DNA of 64,000 nucleotides from Gnetum montanum (taxonomy: Eukaryota; Plantae; Gnetophyta). Location: positions 2,170,509 through 2,234,508 of the forward strand of contig MNCI01000651.1 of NCBI GenBank assembly GCA_015680685.1. The letters run 5' to 3'. This document shows, one piece after another, positions 1-12,249 of the stretch (the first letter of the stretch is position 1; the number at the start of each line of letters is the position of its first letter). Position numbers and translations under genes: made by a program. The notes beneath the pieces are model-generated. The model worked only from the letters and a program-made list of their open reading frames with translations. It searched no databases and was not told where the DNA came from.

Positions 1-1
1 C

Positions 2-79
2 ATTATTTGCAGTAGTAGCAGAAGCAGAAGAGAAGCATACAGAGGAGGGTAATGGAGAAGCGAAAGAAGCAGCCACCAT
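2..79 (-). CDS. Possible first coding exon of a host gene running off the left edge (MVAASFASPLPSSVCFSSASATTANN..., transit-peptide-like)
   Basis: Minus-strand ATG at 79 in a good context (gcaATGG). The frame is open to the window edge and is Ser/Ala/Thr-rich with no acidic residues. Upstream 80-420 keeps CpGs and has hexamer microsatellites typical of 5' UTRs. Confidence 0.4.
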   Translation of the reverse strand, partial: MVAASFASPLPSSVCFSSASATTANN

Positions 80-1221
80 TGCACTTTTTCCCCTGCAATT
101 CCAACTTCAAATTCAAATTCAAATTCTTCCACTGCAGTTCCAGCTACAGCTGCATTTGCTTCTACAAAGCGGAGCAACACTAAAAACAGTGCCACCAAGG
201 AGGAGGAGGAGAAACGGCCACAGAAACTGGATTTGGATTTGGATTTGGATTTGGCCATGTAGCACTTTCCAGATATGGTGCGCATCAAGGGCCCGGCCAT
301 GAGACCGAGGATTTGCAATCGCTTTTATATTTTTTTCGTGCATTGGTATTGCAACTCCGTACGACGATTTCATGCTCCATCTTGAAAGCTCGACTCCACT
401 CATCACGTTAGGGTCTGTAATATCTTTTACGCCTCTGGGTTATCTTGTTTTCGTTTCATTTGTGTCCGTTTTAGGTCCACGTGTCTTCCGAAATTTTGTG
501 GGAAAGAATTTCACCTTAGAGTTTTAATCTAGTTTGAGTTGTTTGTTTGACATCTCCTTGTTTGTATTTTGTTTTCTATGCTTTTTTGTTGCCAATTCAT
601 CTTCATTCCCATAGAATGAAATGTAAGGAATTGTATAGGGGTCCATGCCTAATGATGGTACGATCATTTTCTTTTCACTTTAGTTGTATCATGTAGATTA
701 GAAATTCTGAATTTTAAAACTTTGCTGGCGTACGTTAGCTATGTCGCGTTCACAGAGCAAGTTACAGACACTTGCGAGGGGAATGACGTGCAGTATGAGG
801 AAGACCCAACAAATTTTGAAATTCAGGATGATTTATTGATCAATAGAGAGAAGCCATGAAAAAGGGTAGAATTTTATGTTATCAATGATGTTTCAGAAAT
901 ATTTGATTCCTTCCTATTTACTATGTTGTTCCCAAAAGAAGAAAGCACAACGAACGGAGTATACACAAACATCTTTCTTTAGGCATTAAACGCAAGGGGC
1001 AAAGGTGCAGAATGAGTTAGAAAGAAAGCAAAACTGACCTAGAGTCAGCTGATCAAACAACGTGGAGGAGGCAAACAGAGAAGGAAAACACTATCAAAAA
1101 GGCACAAAAAGGGAAACACAACAAAATGAATGTAAAGACACACAAAAGGAAAACCGAGAAAAAGCATTCAAAAATACACATAAAGGAAAACAAAGCCAAA
1201 ACATTGGAAAGATAGATTAGA

Positions 1222-1770
1222 TGTAAGAGAGGTAGCAGGGTTGTTGGTAGCCTGCTACCTCCCCCACGGTTCGGGGGCCGTGGGGACACAAGGGTCCTCC
1301 TCTCCTTGTGTCTTCAGAACCATACTGGCATGGTAGTTCCATGCATTAGTAAGAGGAGGCTACGACCTACCTCATTAGCCCACTTGGTAGGACCTTGCCT
1401 GGGAGGGTTGCGTAGTTCAACTTTGCATTGGGGTGTTTTTACCGGGTGTGTCATGGGACGTGCTATGGGATGTTGTGAGCACTCTTTGGAACACGACACC
1501 AACTACCAGGACACAGTGATGAATTTGGAGGGTTTAGCTGGTAGTCCCCGTGGTGTCCACATGAGTGGAGCAAGGGAGTGCTATTTAGCTTGTTAGCGTA
1601 TTGTGAATATTGTTTATGAAACACTGCTCAGGAGACATGCTAACTCTAACACATTGTTTGTTGGCATGTGTTTCAGGCTTGTTGATTGCTAAGAGTTTTG
1701 TCTTGATTCAGAATCTGCTTGGGAAAATCTTGAGGTGCCGAACAACGTACTCAGGGACAACATTGTTACA
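1222..1770 (+). repeat. 5' LTR of the chromovirus
   Basis: TGTAAGAGAGGTAGC...TTGTTACA, direct repeat of 7235-7798. Confidence 0.95.
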
Positions 1771-1772
1771 GA

Positions 1773-1785
1773 TGGTATCAGAGCC
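1773..1785 (+). promoter_or_regulatory. Primer binding site (tRNA-iMet)
   Basis: TGGTATCAGAGCC 2 nt after the LTR end. Confidence 0.95.
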
Positions 1786-1929
1786 TCACAGTTTTAGTTG
1801 TTGGTAAAAGTTTTTCGCTAAGTTGGTATCAAGGGTTTTCGTTTGTGAGGTTTCCATTTTCACGATTTTCAACTTCTGCTAGCCACTCCCTTGGAGGGTG
1901 GCCTTGTGCTAAAGCTCTCTTTAGCAAAC

Positions 1930-4900
1930 ATGGAGCCAGGTGGACCGAGTGACATGGCTGATGTTCAAAAAAATCTAGAAATTGAGGCCGAAATAGAACT
2001 TGGTCAAGATGAGACTAAGTTTCAAACGTTGTGGGANTATTCGTATCCTTGGAAGAGGCACAAACAAAAGCATCCTTGGTTGAGGACTTAGTTGGTCAAG
2101 TGAAAGTTCTCGAGGATGCTCTGGTGGGGGTAAATCAAGAACTATCTGATTTGAAAATTGAAAACATCATCCTAAAATCCTCCTTAGTAGAACTCTTGGC
2201 AGATGAGCCAGTAGCGATGGCTCGTATCAAAGCTAGAGAACCGAGTTCTTATGGTGGTGAGAGAAATGATGCTAAAATTGATGCCTTCCTCCATGATACG
2301 GAGATGTACCTAAATACCAGGGGTGTTCCTGCAACCCAAAAGGTCTCCACAGCATCACAATTTCTCATCGGAAGTGCTAAGCTATGGTGGCTTAGTCTCC
2401 TCCATGCCCAAGGAAAGGGCACCATGATAGAAAAGATTGAGACATGGGACAGCTTCAAGGCTGCATTGATCAAACAGTTCCATCCTCGGAACTCTGAATG
2501 GGTCGCTAGAACCAAGCTAGAGACCCTAAAACATGCAGGGAAGCTTGAGGATTATATTAATAGCTTCCAAGAGCTTATGTTGCTGATTCCTGATATGGGA
2601 GATAGGGATCGTTTTTTCAAATTTGCAAATGGGCTACAACCATGGGTGCAAATGGAATTGCGTTGAAGAGGCACTGACTCCCCCATAGAGGCTATTGCAG
2701 CTGCTGGCACTTCTCTGGACTTCAAGGCAATGAAGCAAAATAAGGGTAAGCATGGCACGTCCTCCCACTCTCAGAGAATAGATACAGGATCCATCAAGGG
2801 TGGAAACACCTACAGATCAATTCAGCAAGGCAATCGCCTGATGGGTGGTCCTCTAGGGAACCAAGGCTCCCAACAAAAATGCAAAGATACAGGGAGCAAG
2901 TGGCAACCTGGGACCAAGAAGAAGCAATTTAAAGGAGGTGTCTTTAAGGGGCCAATTTAGTGCTTCTTGTATCATGGAAATCACTTGACATGAAATTTCC
3001 CCCTAAGTTCAAGAAGGACTAAGGCTAGGTAGGGGCCAGCCCCTGTGAAACAATTGATCGCACTCAATTATCGCCCTTACCCATGCCTTCAAATCACTGA
3101 TGGAAGCACATCCGGGGAACAGCGAAGGCTAGTGATGATGATGGAGTTATTAGGCATGGTTACACAAAGGTCAGGGGCTGGAAACTCCCAGAATCCTAAT
3201 CCTAATACTCTACATCAGGTTCAATTGGCCCCAATCACTATGAGCTCAAGTTAGTTATGTGTCCTAATTGATAATGGGGCTAGTCACAATTACATGGTTG
3301 CAGCCATGGTGAAGGACCTACAGCTAAAGATGGAACCCGTGCAAGCATCCTGCAAGCTGGCCAAGTTCAGACCCCTTCGGTGCATCGAGGTGTGTCATGG
3401 TGTCCCTGTTCAAGTAGGCTCATGGGAAGGAGTGCTAGATTTTTCAATTCTAGACATGGACTCCTTTCAGGTCATTTTGGGAAAAGAATTTTTACGTAAA
3501 GCCAAAGTTTTCATAGCCCCACATCTGAACTTGATTTTTATTTCACATGAAAGCTCCCCATGCTTCGTTCAAACTCATGGAGCACAGATGAAAAAGAATG
3601 AGAATGCTAGCCCTCAGATTGTATCACCAATGGTGATGAAATGTTTGGCAAGGAACCCTACCAGGAAATTTTTGCTAGCTATGCAAATGGGTGATCCTTC
3701 TGAGGCTTGTGGATCCCAAGCTATTGTTGACCCATGCATAGCATAGGTGCTTGATAAGTTTAAAGATGTGATGCCACCTGAACTACCTGGTAGTTTGCCA
3801 CCTTGGAGAACAGTGGATCACAAAATCGAATTGCAGCCTAGCACTAATCCTTCTATCCAGAGGCCATACTGGTTAACATGACCAGAATTAGGGGAACTGA
3901 AAAAGTAGCTTGAAGGGTTAATGTCCAAGGGATACATTCATCCCTCAAAATCCTCTTATGGGGCACTGGTGCTATTTGTTACCAAGGAGGACAGAATGCT
4001 ACGACTCTGCTATGATTATAAACTATTGAATAAACACACGATCAAGAACAAGTATCCAGTACCGCTCATTTTTGACTTGTTCGATCAATTGGCAAGGGCT
4101 CGATATTTTACCCGGTTAGACCTCAGACAAAGATATTATCAGGTTTGCATTGCAAAAGGGGATGAAGCAAAAACTGCATGTGTAACGTAGTATGGATCAT
4201 ATGAATGGACCATAATGCCTTTCGGGCTTTGAAATGCACCTGCTACATTTTGCACGTTGATGAACCAGATATTTCGACCTTTCCTAGACAAGTTTGTGGT
4301 CATTTATCTTGATGACATCCTAATATATAGATAGACAATGGAGGAACATGCCCTCCACTTGCAAATGGTCCTTGAGAAGCTACAGGAAAATCAGCTGTAT
4401 TTTAAGAAAGAAAAATGTAAATTCTGCTACTTGGAGCTAAAATTTTTGAGGCATCTCGTGGGGCATGGGCAGGTAAAGCCAAATCCAAGGAAGGTAGAGG
4501 TTGTGCGTAAATGGCCCGCTCCCACTAATGTGCATGAGGTTAGACAGTTCATGGGGTTAGCTAGTTTCTATCGGAAATTCATCAAAAATTTCTCAGGAAT
4601 TGCTACTCCTTTGATCAATTTGCAAAAGAAAGAAGTTGCATGGGAGTGGGACACAAATTGTCAGAAAGCCTTCGAGAGGATCAAAGAGGCCTTAACCTCC
4701 CATCCAGTGTTGGCATTGCCCGATTTCTCAAAACCCTTTGAGGTTCACACGGAAGCCAATGACAATGTAATTAGGGACGTCTTGCTACAGGAAGGTCATC
4801 CTGTCGCTTATGTAAGCCGAAAGCTAAATCAAGTAGAGCAAAGGTGGCCAATCCATGAAAAGCAAATGTTTGCTATTGTCCATTGCTTGAGAGCATGAGG

Positions 4901-6632
4901 ACACTACTTGCTGGGAAGTTGTGTCCTCGTGAAGACGGATAACCTAGCCACTAGCTACTTAATGAATCAAACAAAGCTAAGGCCCAAACAGGCTCGATGG
5001 TTGGCCATGTTGTCTGAATTTGATTTGCAATTGACTTACCATCCTGGGAAGGAGAACGTGGTGGAAAATGCATTGAGTCACCATCCTCAACCTTCCTCTA
5101 AGCTCTTTTCCATCATTGGGCCACAAACTTCACATGTTCAATGTCACGAAGTGTTGCTGGCAAGAATTTAAGATGGGTTGAAAAGGGACCCCCATATCAT
5201 TGATTTAATGAAGTTGATAGAAACTGGGTGAGCACCGTAGTTCAAAATGAGGGATGGACTACTTTGGTTTTGAGATAACCAGATATGCATTTCGGATTGG
5301 GATGGTCTACGCAAGGAGATCATTCAAGAATGCCATGACACACAATGGGCAGGGCACTCGGGACAGCAAAGAACCTTGGCTCTCATTGAGAGAACCTTCT
5401 TCTGGCCAAAAATGTCTCGAGATGTGATTGCTTATATCCAGAATTTTCTGGTGTGCCAACAAGATAAGGGATCTATGAAGCATCTGACTGGTCTTCTGCT
5501 GCGCTTGGAAATCCCTCCATTTCCATGGGCTACAGTGTCTATGGACTTCATCGCAGGATTGCCAAATATTCAGGGTTTAAGCAGCATTATTGTTGTGGTG
5601 GAAAAATTCTCTAAATTTTCGATATTCATTCCCTGTTCATCACAGTGTTCAGCTGAGGACACAGTAGCATATTATTTTGATAGGGTGGTTTGATATTTTG
5701 GGTTACCCATGAGCATCATTTCAAATCATGATCTGTGCTTCACAAGTGCTTTCTGGCGAGCACTATTTGGCATGATGGGTACCACCCTTAAATTGTCAAT
5801 GAGCTTTCATCCGTAGACCGATGGGTAGATGGAATGGATGAATCAGGTACTTGAAGAGTACATGCGTCACTATGTTTGTAGTAACCAAAAGAACTGCCCA
5901 TTTCTATTAGGGATTTCCCAGCTGAGCTATAACATCCAAAAGTTCTTAGCTATAGGGTTCTCTCCTGTAGAATTGGTAATGGGAAGGTAGCCCATTACCC
6001 CTCATATGGTCTCTCCCTCATTGCAGGGACGACATCCCACAGTGAATGAATTCTTGAAGAGGTGGTTTGAAAATGTTGATACAACAAAGTATCATTTGGA
6101 GAGGGTAGCACAGCGAATGAAAAAGTATGCTGATCAAAAACGCCAACGTCGTGAGTTTAAGATGGGAGATTGGGTCCTCCTGAAGTTGGACCCATGTTAG
6201 GTTAAACCGAAACAGGGAACTACCTCCAAGCTGATGAGGTAGTATGATGGTCCCTTCCAGAACATTGATAAAATCAACCTTGTAACATATAAGCTTTAGC
6301 TACCGATCAATATGGACCGAGTCCATCCAGTTTTTCATGTAAACATGCTAAAGCCATTGCCAGATGGGTTCCCCTATCCAGAGAGAAGCCTCTTGATTAG
6401 AGAGTGACCTTGTATACAATATATACAAGGAAAGAGAGTAGAATGAATCCAGAACTTCCGGACCACTGGCCATGGGGCAGATTTGAAAGTGGAGTTCCTC
6501 GTCCATTGGAAACATTGTCCTGACTCAGACGATAGCTGGGAACCACTGGAGCACTTGAGGTCTCAGGAAAACTTGATCCTGGACTTCTTTAGGGAGCAAG
6601 AAATTGACCTCCCACCTTGGCTACTCCAATGA
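1930..6632 (+). pseudogene. Degenerate gag-pol: gag, protease, RT, RNase H, integrase, chromodomain
   Basis: Motifs: VLIDNGASHNY (~3260, PR); LRLCYDYKLLN and IYLDDILIY (RT); PFEVHTEAND and EQRWPIHEKQMFAIVHCL (RH); PWATVSMDFI (INT); EFLVHWKHCPDSDDSWEPLEHL (~6490-6557, chromodomain). Many stops and frameshifts. Confidence 0.93.
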
Positions 6633-7220
6633 TGGATGGAGAAACCTCCCATGTAAAAAAAATTAGAAGAGGTGTGACATGTGGTGCCTTATAGGATTCA
6701 AGAGCAAATCCCTATGGGAGTCGTCCTCAAAAATGGGAGGAAGGTTCCTGGAGCCATTCAAAGTTCTCTATAGGCGATGGGGCTTAAGACTCAAAGAGTG
6801 TTGAACTTAAGACCCCTAGATCTTGGAATCATACGAATCAGGGAACACCCTAGAACTCATGGATCCCTAGGTCGGTGCATTCTATCATGTTGCAATGATA
6901 GACCACTTGATGTTCTCCCATAGCTTGGCATTTTAGAATAGTTATGGAAGGATGGACAGTCCAAGTCTTAAGGAGTGATGCTCTTGACTTGGGTGTCAGA
7001 TGCTAGGATGAGTTCAGATTCTAGGAAGATGGTCGAGTTCAACGAAAATTCTTTACATCCTTAGGCCCTAGCAATTGGACCTTCCAGAACCAAAGATCCC
7101 TTCAAATTGACTGAGAATAGCATGGGCGTACTTCCCCGGAATTGATGGAATTCTCCCTTAGTTTTGATGTAGCAACCTCACGGGTTACCCAGGCCATGCT
7201 CCAAGGTCGTCACTCATTTT

Positions 7221-7233
7221 AAGCGGGGGAGAA
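7221..7233 (+). promoter_or_regulatory. Polypurine tract
   Basis: AAGCGGGGGAGAA just before the 3' LTR. Confidence 0.85.
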
Positions 7234-7234
7234 T

Positions 7235-7798
7235 TGTGAGAGAGGTAGCAGGGTTACTAGTAGCCTACTACCTCCCCCATGGTTTGGGGGCCATGGGGGC
7301 ACAAGGGGTCCTTCGCTCCTTGTGTCTTCAGAACCATACTGACATGGCAGTTCTATGCATTAGTAAGAGGAGGCTACAACCTACCTCATTACCCCACTCG
7401 ATAGGACCTTGCCTGGGAGGGTTGCGTAGTTCAACTCTGCATTGGGGTGTTTTTACCAGGTGTGTCATGGGATGTGCTATGGGATGTTGCGAGTGCTCTT
7501 TGGAGCACGACACCAACTACCAGCACGCGGTGATGAATATAGAGGGTTTAGCTGGTAGTCCTCGTGGTGTCCATGTGAGTGGAGCAAGGAAGTGTTATTT
7601 AGCTTGTTAGCGTATCACGAATATTGTTTATGAAACACCGCTCAGGAGACATGCTAACACTAACACATTGTTTGTTGGCATGTGTTTTAGGCTTGTTGGT
7701 TGCTGAGGTGTATTCCTCTTGAGTTTTGTCCTGATTCAGAAAATGCTTGGGAAACTCTTAAGGTGCTGAACAATGTGCTCAGGGACAACGTTGTTACA
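7235..7798 (+). repeat. 3' LTR of the chromovirus
   Basis: Repeat of 1222-1770 with substitutions and a ~15-bp indel near 7705-7720; followed by TSD TTAGA. Confidence 0.95.
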
Positions 7799-7929
7799 TT
7801 AGATGCTAGGCCATCAAATGACTATTGGCTATGGATAAATATCACATCCATGATTCTCTAAATTTTGAGATTTTCTAAAGTCTACAAAAAGATGAACTAA
7901 ACTAACTTTTGATATTTATTTATTTATTT

Positions 7930-10146
7930 TAGAATAGGATTTCACTCTCACTTTAAACCAAAGGCCTTAGGAACCAAGGGCCTTAGGGCCTTAGATGAGG
8001 TATTTTCACATTAACCTCTATATCTAGTTTATACATAATTTATTTTCATCTCTGACATAGAATAAGATGGAAATTGCTTAGAAAATACCATTGTTGAGGA
8101 TAGTCAGAAAGGATATTTCTAAATACATCTCTAACACTCCCTTCTTCAACTATGGTGGTGGTGTTGATGCATAGTGGCGGTGTTGATAAATAAATTTTGG
8201 TCACACAGCAACACCTACAAAACTTGTTTTAAGAGAATATTGCTTAGGGCATTTCTCATATGGGTACGGAAACTTAAGAGTAGTCTCAACAAAAAGGGAA
8301 ATGTGATGTTAGAACAAATAAAATCATATTTAAGAAAATATTGCTTAGAGCATCTCTCATATGGGTAAGGAAACCTAAGAATAGCCTCAATTGTAAGAGA
8401 AATGTGATGTTATAACAAATAAAATCAGACTAACAATTTTGACATAGAAATTTAAACTAATTGACCTATTAAAATTAAGACTTGGCAAGAAAAGTAAACA
8501 AGCCACTTATTGAATAAAAGACTGCAAATTTTAGAAAAGTTGTGAATTTTTTAAAAACTCCAAGTACAAGTTGAGATCTTTATCTGAAATGTCTATTTTA
8601 AACAAATGTTTGACAAAGAGTAATGCTCTCTGGTATAGGGGCATCAAATAAGAGGTGATTATGCAAATCAAGCAAAAGACTTAGTTCAAAATAGAGCAAT
8701 GATCTGAAAATGAATGGCTCCAGTGCAATCTTATCTATGTGCTTAGGGAAAGTACACCTCCTTGTGCCTCTAGTTCTTCCATCTATTCACAGCTATGCCT
8801 CTTGTCCTCCTTCTTTGCCTAGACTGGTTTTGCTGCCTTCCTCCCCCATGAAAAAAAAGAATCCTAGCTTTTTAAACATGGTTGGGGATTTATTGAATTT
8901 GACCCTGGTTCTTCCCTTTCCTTACGCTTCCACCTCTTACTGTTACACTTCTTGAAACTGCACAAAACCAGAGAAGTAGAAGCAAAACCCATGATAGAAG
9001 AAACATGAAATATTAAGCAATTTTAACTTATATATGCAAATGTGCAACTCTGTCTGTGGGCATCATTACAACAATAGGTTCAACACAAAAATAATACTAA
9101 TGTGGACAACTGCAATCTGTAAAATACAGATCCCACGATCAAAGGAAATCTTGTGCCACATCATGACGTGCAGTAGCCTATAACAATAAGTGTTGTAGAC
9201 ACTACCATCACAAATGCCAGCAACAATGTATGCAGTACCATCCAGTGGAAGGAATGCAGCATGCACTAACTAAATACCACTATGTACGCCGCAACCCAGC
9301 AATGGCGCATGCACCATTAGCAGCAGCAGCACCCTGTAGGCCTAAGCCTCACCCCCTTCAGCCATGCTATATATATGGTTACAAGGAAATAGTCAAAAGG
9401 TATGTGTTTTTGACTTTAATCCAAATGTTTTCTTCTTTTCTATTGCGTTCATTGTGTTTCAGAAATTCTCTGTGTTGACATAAAGATTCATAAAGATTCA
9501 TTGTGTTTCATAAATTCTCTGTGTTGACATAAAGATCCAAGAGCCTGTTTCCAGAATGTATTATTATGTTTTTTCTGTTGATTTACTTTTACTGATCTAT
9601 AAATCACACCTCCATGGACCATGTGGCCTGCCATTGCATCACTATGCACGACACAACCTACAACAACAAATGTTGATGAGCTACATAGGATTGAACCTCA
9701 CACAGTAGCCGACGATGGCTGTCAACCGCAGCATTGCTTCACTAAATGACACTGCTGCCAACCCAAAAACCAACACATAAGGAACATCAAGATTCTAGCT
9801 CCAAAGATAAGTCCATATCTAGTATGACTGCTGATATCTTTGGCATGAATCAGAGTTGGCGTACACCCTTTGCCAACTTTTGCTCGAGACTTCATCTAGC
9901 AATGATTGTAATAGCCGTCGAGCTTGCAATCTGCTGACACATGACCATGCAGGCTGACTAACCTACCATGATGGCAGAGCCATGAAACTGGAAACTGACA
10001 ATTAATGCATATTTCCTCCAACAAGTCCTGTAGCCAGACCATAGCAGCTCATTTTCCACACAATGTCGGTTGTAGCCAGAACATTCCCTGAAACATCTAG
10101 TTTGTGAGCATGATAACTCCGCTACTTCCAGGCTAGCCAAGCATGC
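7930..10146 (-). mobile_element. Copy A of a non-autonomous copia-derived LTR element (partial 3' LTR ending at 8136, PPT, internal region), interrupted by the Tat element
   Basis: 7990-8136 matches LTR 30975-31143. Minus-strand PPT TTGAAGAAGGGAG (8137-8149) abuts TGTTAG. 8180-10146 is homologous to 28340-29659. RNase H-like relic AAMVWLQDLLEEICINCQFPVSWLC at ~9975-10050. Confidence 0.65.
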
Positions 10147-11922
10147 TGAAACACCCAAAAATTTCAAGATCCTCTTGCTTCACCAGGGTCTCAAAATTTA
10201 GGCAAGGGATTTCCACAAGTGCAATGTCATGACAGTTTGGCAGGAATGAATGCACTGAGCTTAGACTGCTCAGTTCGGCAAGTCTTCTACCTCTAGTGTT
10301 ACAGACTCTCTGACCTGCCCATATGGGTAATTCACCTAGCTAATAGTCTATTCAAAAACCATGCTTGGGGTTGTTGGCGGTGCTTAGGATGCACAAAATA
10401 GTTTAGCAAGTTTTCTAGTGAGGAAGTTTGCTACGCTATGTAACATAGAAGGCCTCAAAAGATAGTTTCTTAGGTGACCAAACTATTGCAGGACAAAGTG
10501 CTACGCTATGCTACGCTACATAGCGTAGCATAGCATAACAAATGTAAAATAAAAAGGCCTAGCTTACTCAGTGATTCCAATGGCACTCAGCAAGCACTCC
10601 AGCCTGCAAAATTAGTTGCCTTGTTCAACTTCAAGTCCTTAGCAAAGTTTCTCATCAGAAAATGGCGGATTGAACAAAAGGTAGGATATGCTAGCTGCTA
10701 CGCTACATAGCGTAGCACAATGTAGCAATGATTCAAAAGCAGCAATGAGCCTCTTGAATGCAAGTTCAGCAAGTTCATAGATCTCTCTTCACATAAGGAA
10801 AATGTTAGAATTGTTAGCATAATCTGAACTTCAACCAAGCATTTGCAACTTCAACATGGATCGTGAATGAAGGTAGCTGCTATGCTATGTAGCGTAGCGT
10901 AGCGTAGCAAAAGATGCATATCAAACCAAGTGTTGCAAAAGTTGACCTAATGTGCGGCGAAGCTTACAACATATGCAATTGACTTCAATGCAAATTTCTT
11001 CTTCAAACTGGTGGCTACGCTGTGCTACGCTACATAGCATAGCACAGCGTAGCAAGCTGCTACGCTACATTAACATGCTACACTACATTGTGTAGCACTG
11101 CGTAGTAGGCAGCTATTGTACTTCAGTGTGTCCCATTCCTCATTTGCATTTTTGGCATATTTGATTTCAGCATCTCTAGTTTCGACAACGTGATTGCAAC
11201 ATGGTAGGCTTGTCAATCATCTTTGCATGTCCATGCAGCATGGACACATCAGCATCTCACAGGTCCAAGACACACGGCATCCAGGCTGCATTTCTTGCAT
11301 GTTCCTAGCCTTATAAGTACCCTGATGAGCAATGCTCAAAGGGTTGGCAAAAATTAGAGCATAGTTAGCAAATTGGTTAGCAAGGTTGGGAAAATTTGTT
11401 AGCAAAGTTGGCAAATTGGGTTGGCAAAAATTTGGCTTGAATTTGGTAATTTTGGGCAATTTTGAGCATTGTTGGCATTAGTTGGCATTTTAACAATTCA
11501 CAGTAGTTGGCATTTTTAGCATTGGCACTTGGCATTAGCTTTTTGCTTGTTGGCACTTTGTACTATTGGCTCTTAAGCTTGTAATCGAAAACATATTTGA
11601 GGCATTTTGAGTGTTCCGGTCATTCCTGGACTCCTCGTGCCCCGCTAGCACTCTACCACTTGTCATACATTTTCAAGCAGAGAAGAGAATTGAACCTGCG
11701 ACTTTGCAGTGGTGCATTTTCCCATCCCAGCTACTCTGTTATTTCTATATTGTCATTATTGTGTGGCATTATTTTCTTCATTATCGCATTTATTAATCAT
11801 CAGTTAGATTTCACATGTTTCGCATTTAAAACCACATTTACGAAAGGTTAAGTGACACTAACTAAGTCCCTGTCTGATCGACCAGATAGTTCAGGGCACC
11901 CCATTTCCATTTTTATCCAACA
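10147..11922 (+). repeat. 5' LTR of the Tat element (3' end approximate)
   Basis: 10147-11246 is homologous to 26364-27505. TATA-like TTATAAGTA at ~11311. The end is placed tentatively at ...TTTATCCAACA; the PBS is not recognisable. Confidence 0.7.
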
Positions 11923-12249
11923 CGGCCCTCGCATGGATCCGAGGTTAAAACTGTTAGCCCGACAACCTCTCAGTGTTTCCAGCCCTTGACGTTTTCAATT
12001 GCTACAATTTTCTAGCTTTAGAAGAAGGGCCTTTTGGTGCCTTTTCCATGTTTCATAGTAGTCCTGCATGCATTTTGTACCCTGTCATGCACTAGCGTAA
12101 ATGTGACACCCTTTTGCGGTTGTTTATGCATCATGTGGTGTAGATCGGTCGCTTCGACGGTTCCTCTAGAATCCTGCAGGATAGAAATCCTCTGATAGCC
12201 ACTTAACCTCTTCGTTTTCTTGTTTACAAATCCTTTAAGCCTTACGAAA

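Larger units (their letters stand above)
1222..7798 (+). mobile_element. Full-length Ty3/gypsy chromovirus LTR retrotransposon (Galadriel-like), inactivated
   Basis: Paired TG...CA LTRs at 1222-1770 and 7235-7798. A 5-bp TSD TTAGA lies at 1217-1221 and 7799-7803. PBS TGGTATCAGAGCC, PPT, and domain order gag-PR-RT-RH-INT-chromodomain are all present. The gag motif YGGERNDAKIDAFLHDTEMY resembles Galadriel gag. Confidence 0.95.

Noticed and set aside
1306-1596. Similar ORFs at 1306-1596 and 7236-7610 (and their antisense ORFs) as a duplicated gene
   Set aside because: They lie inside the two LTRs, so the similarity is just LTR duplication.
11923-11970. PBS of the Tat element
   Set aside because: No convincing TGG-initiated tRNA complement, so it was left uncalled and the 5' LTR end is approximate.
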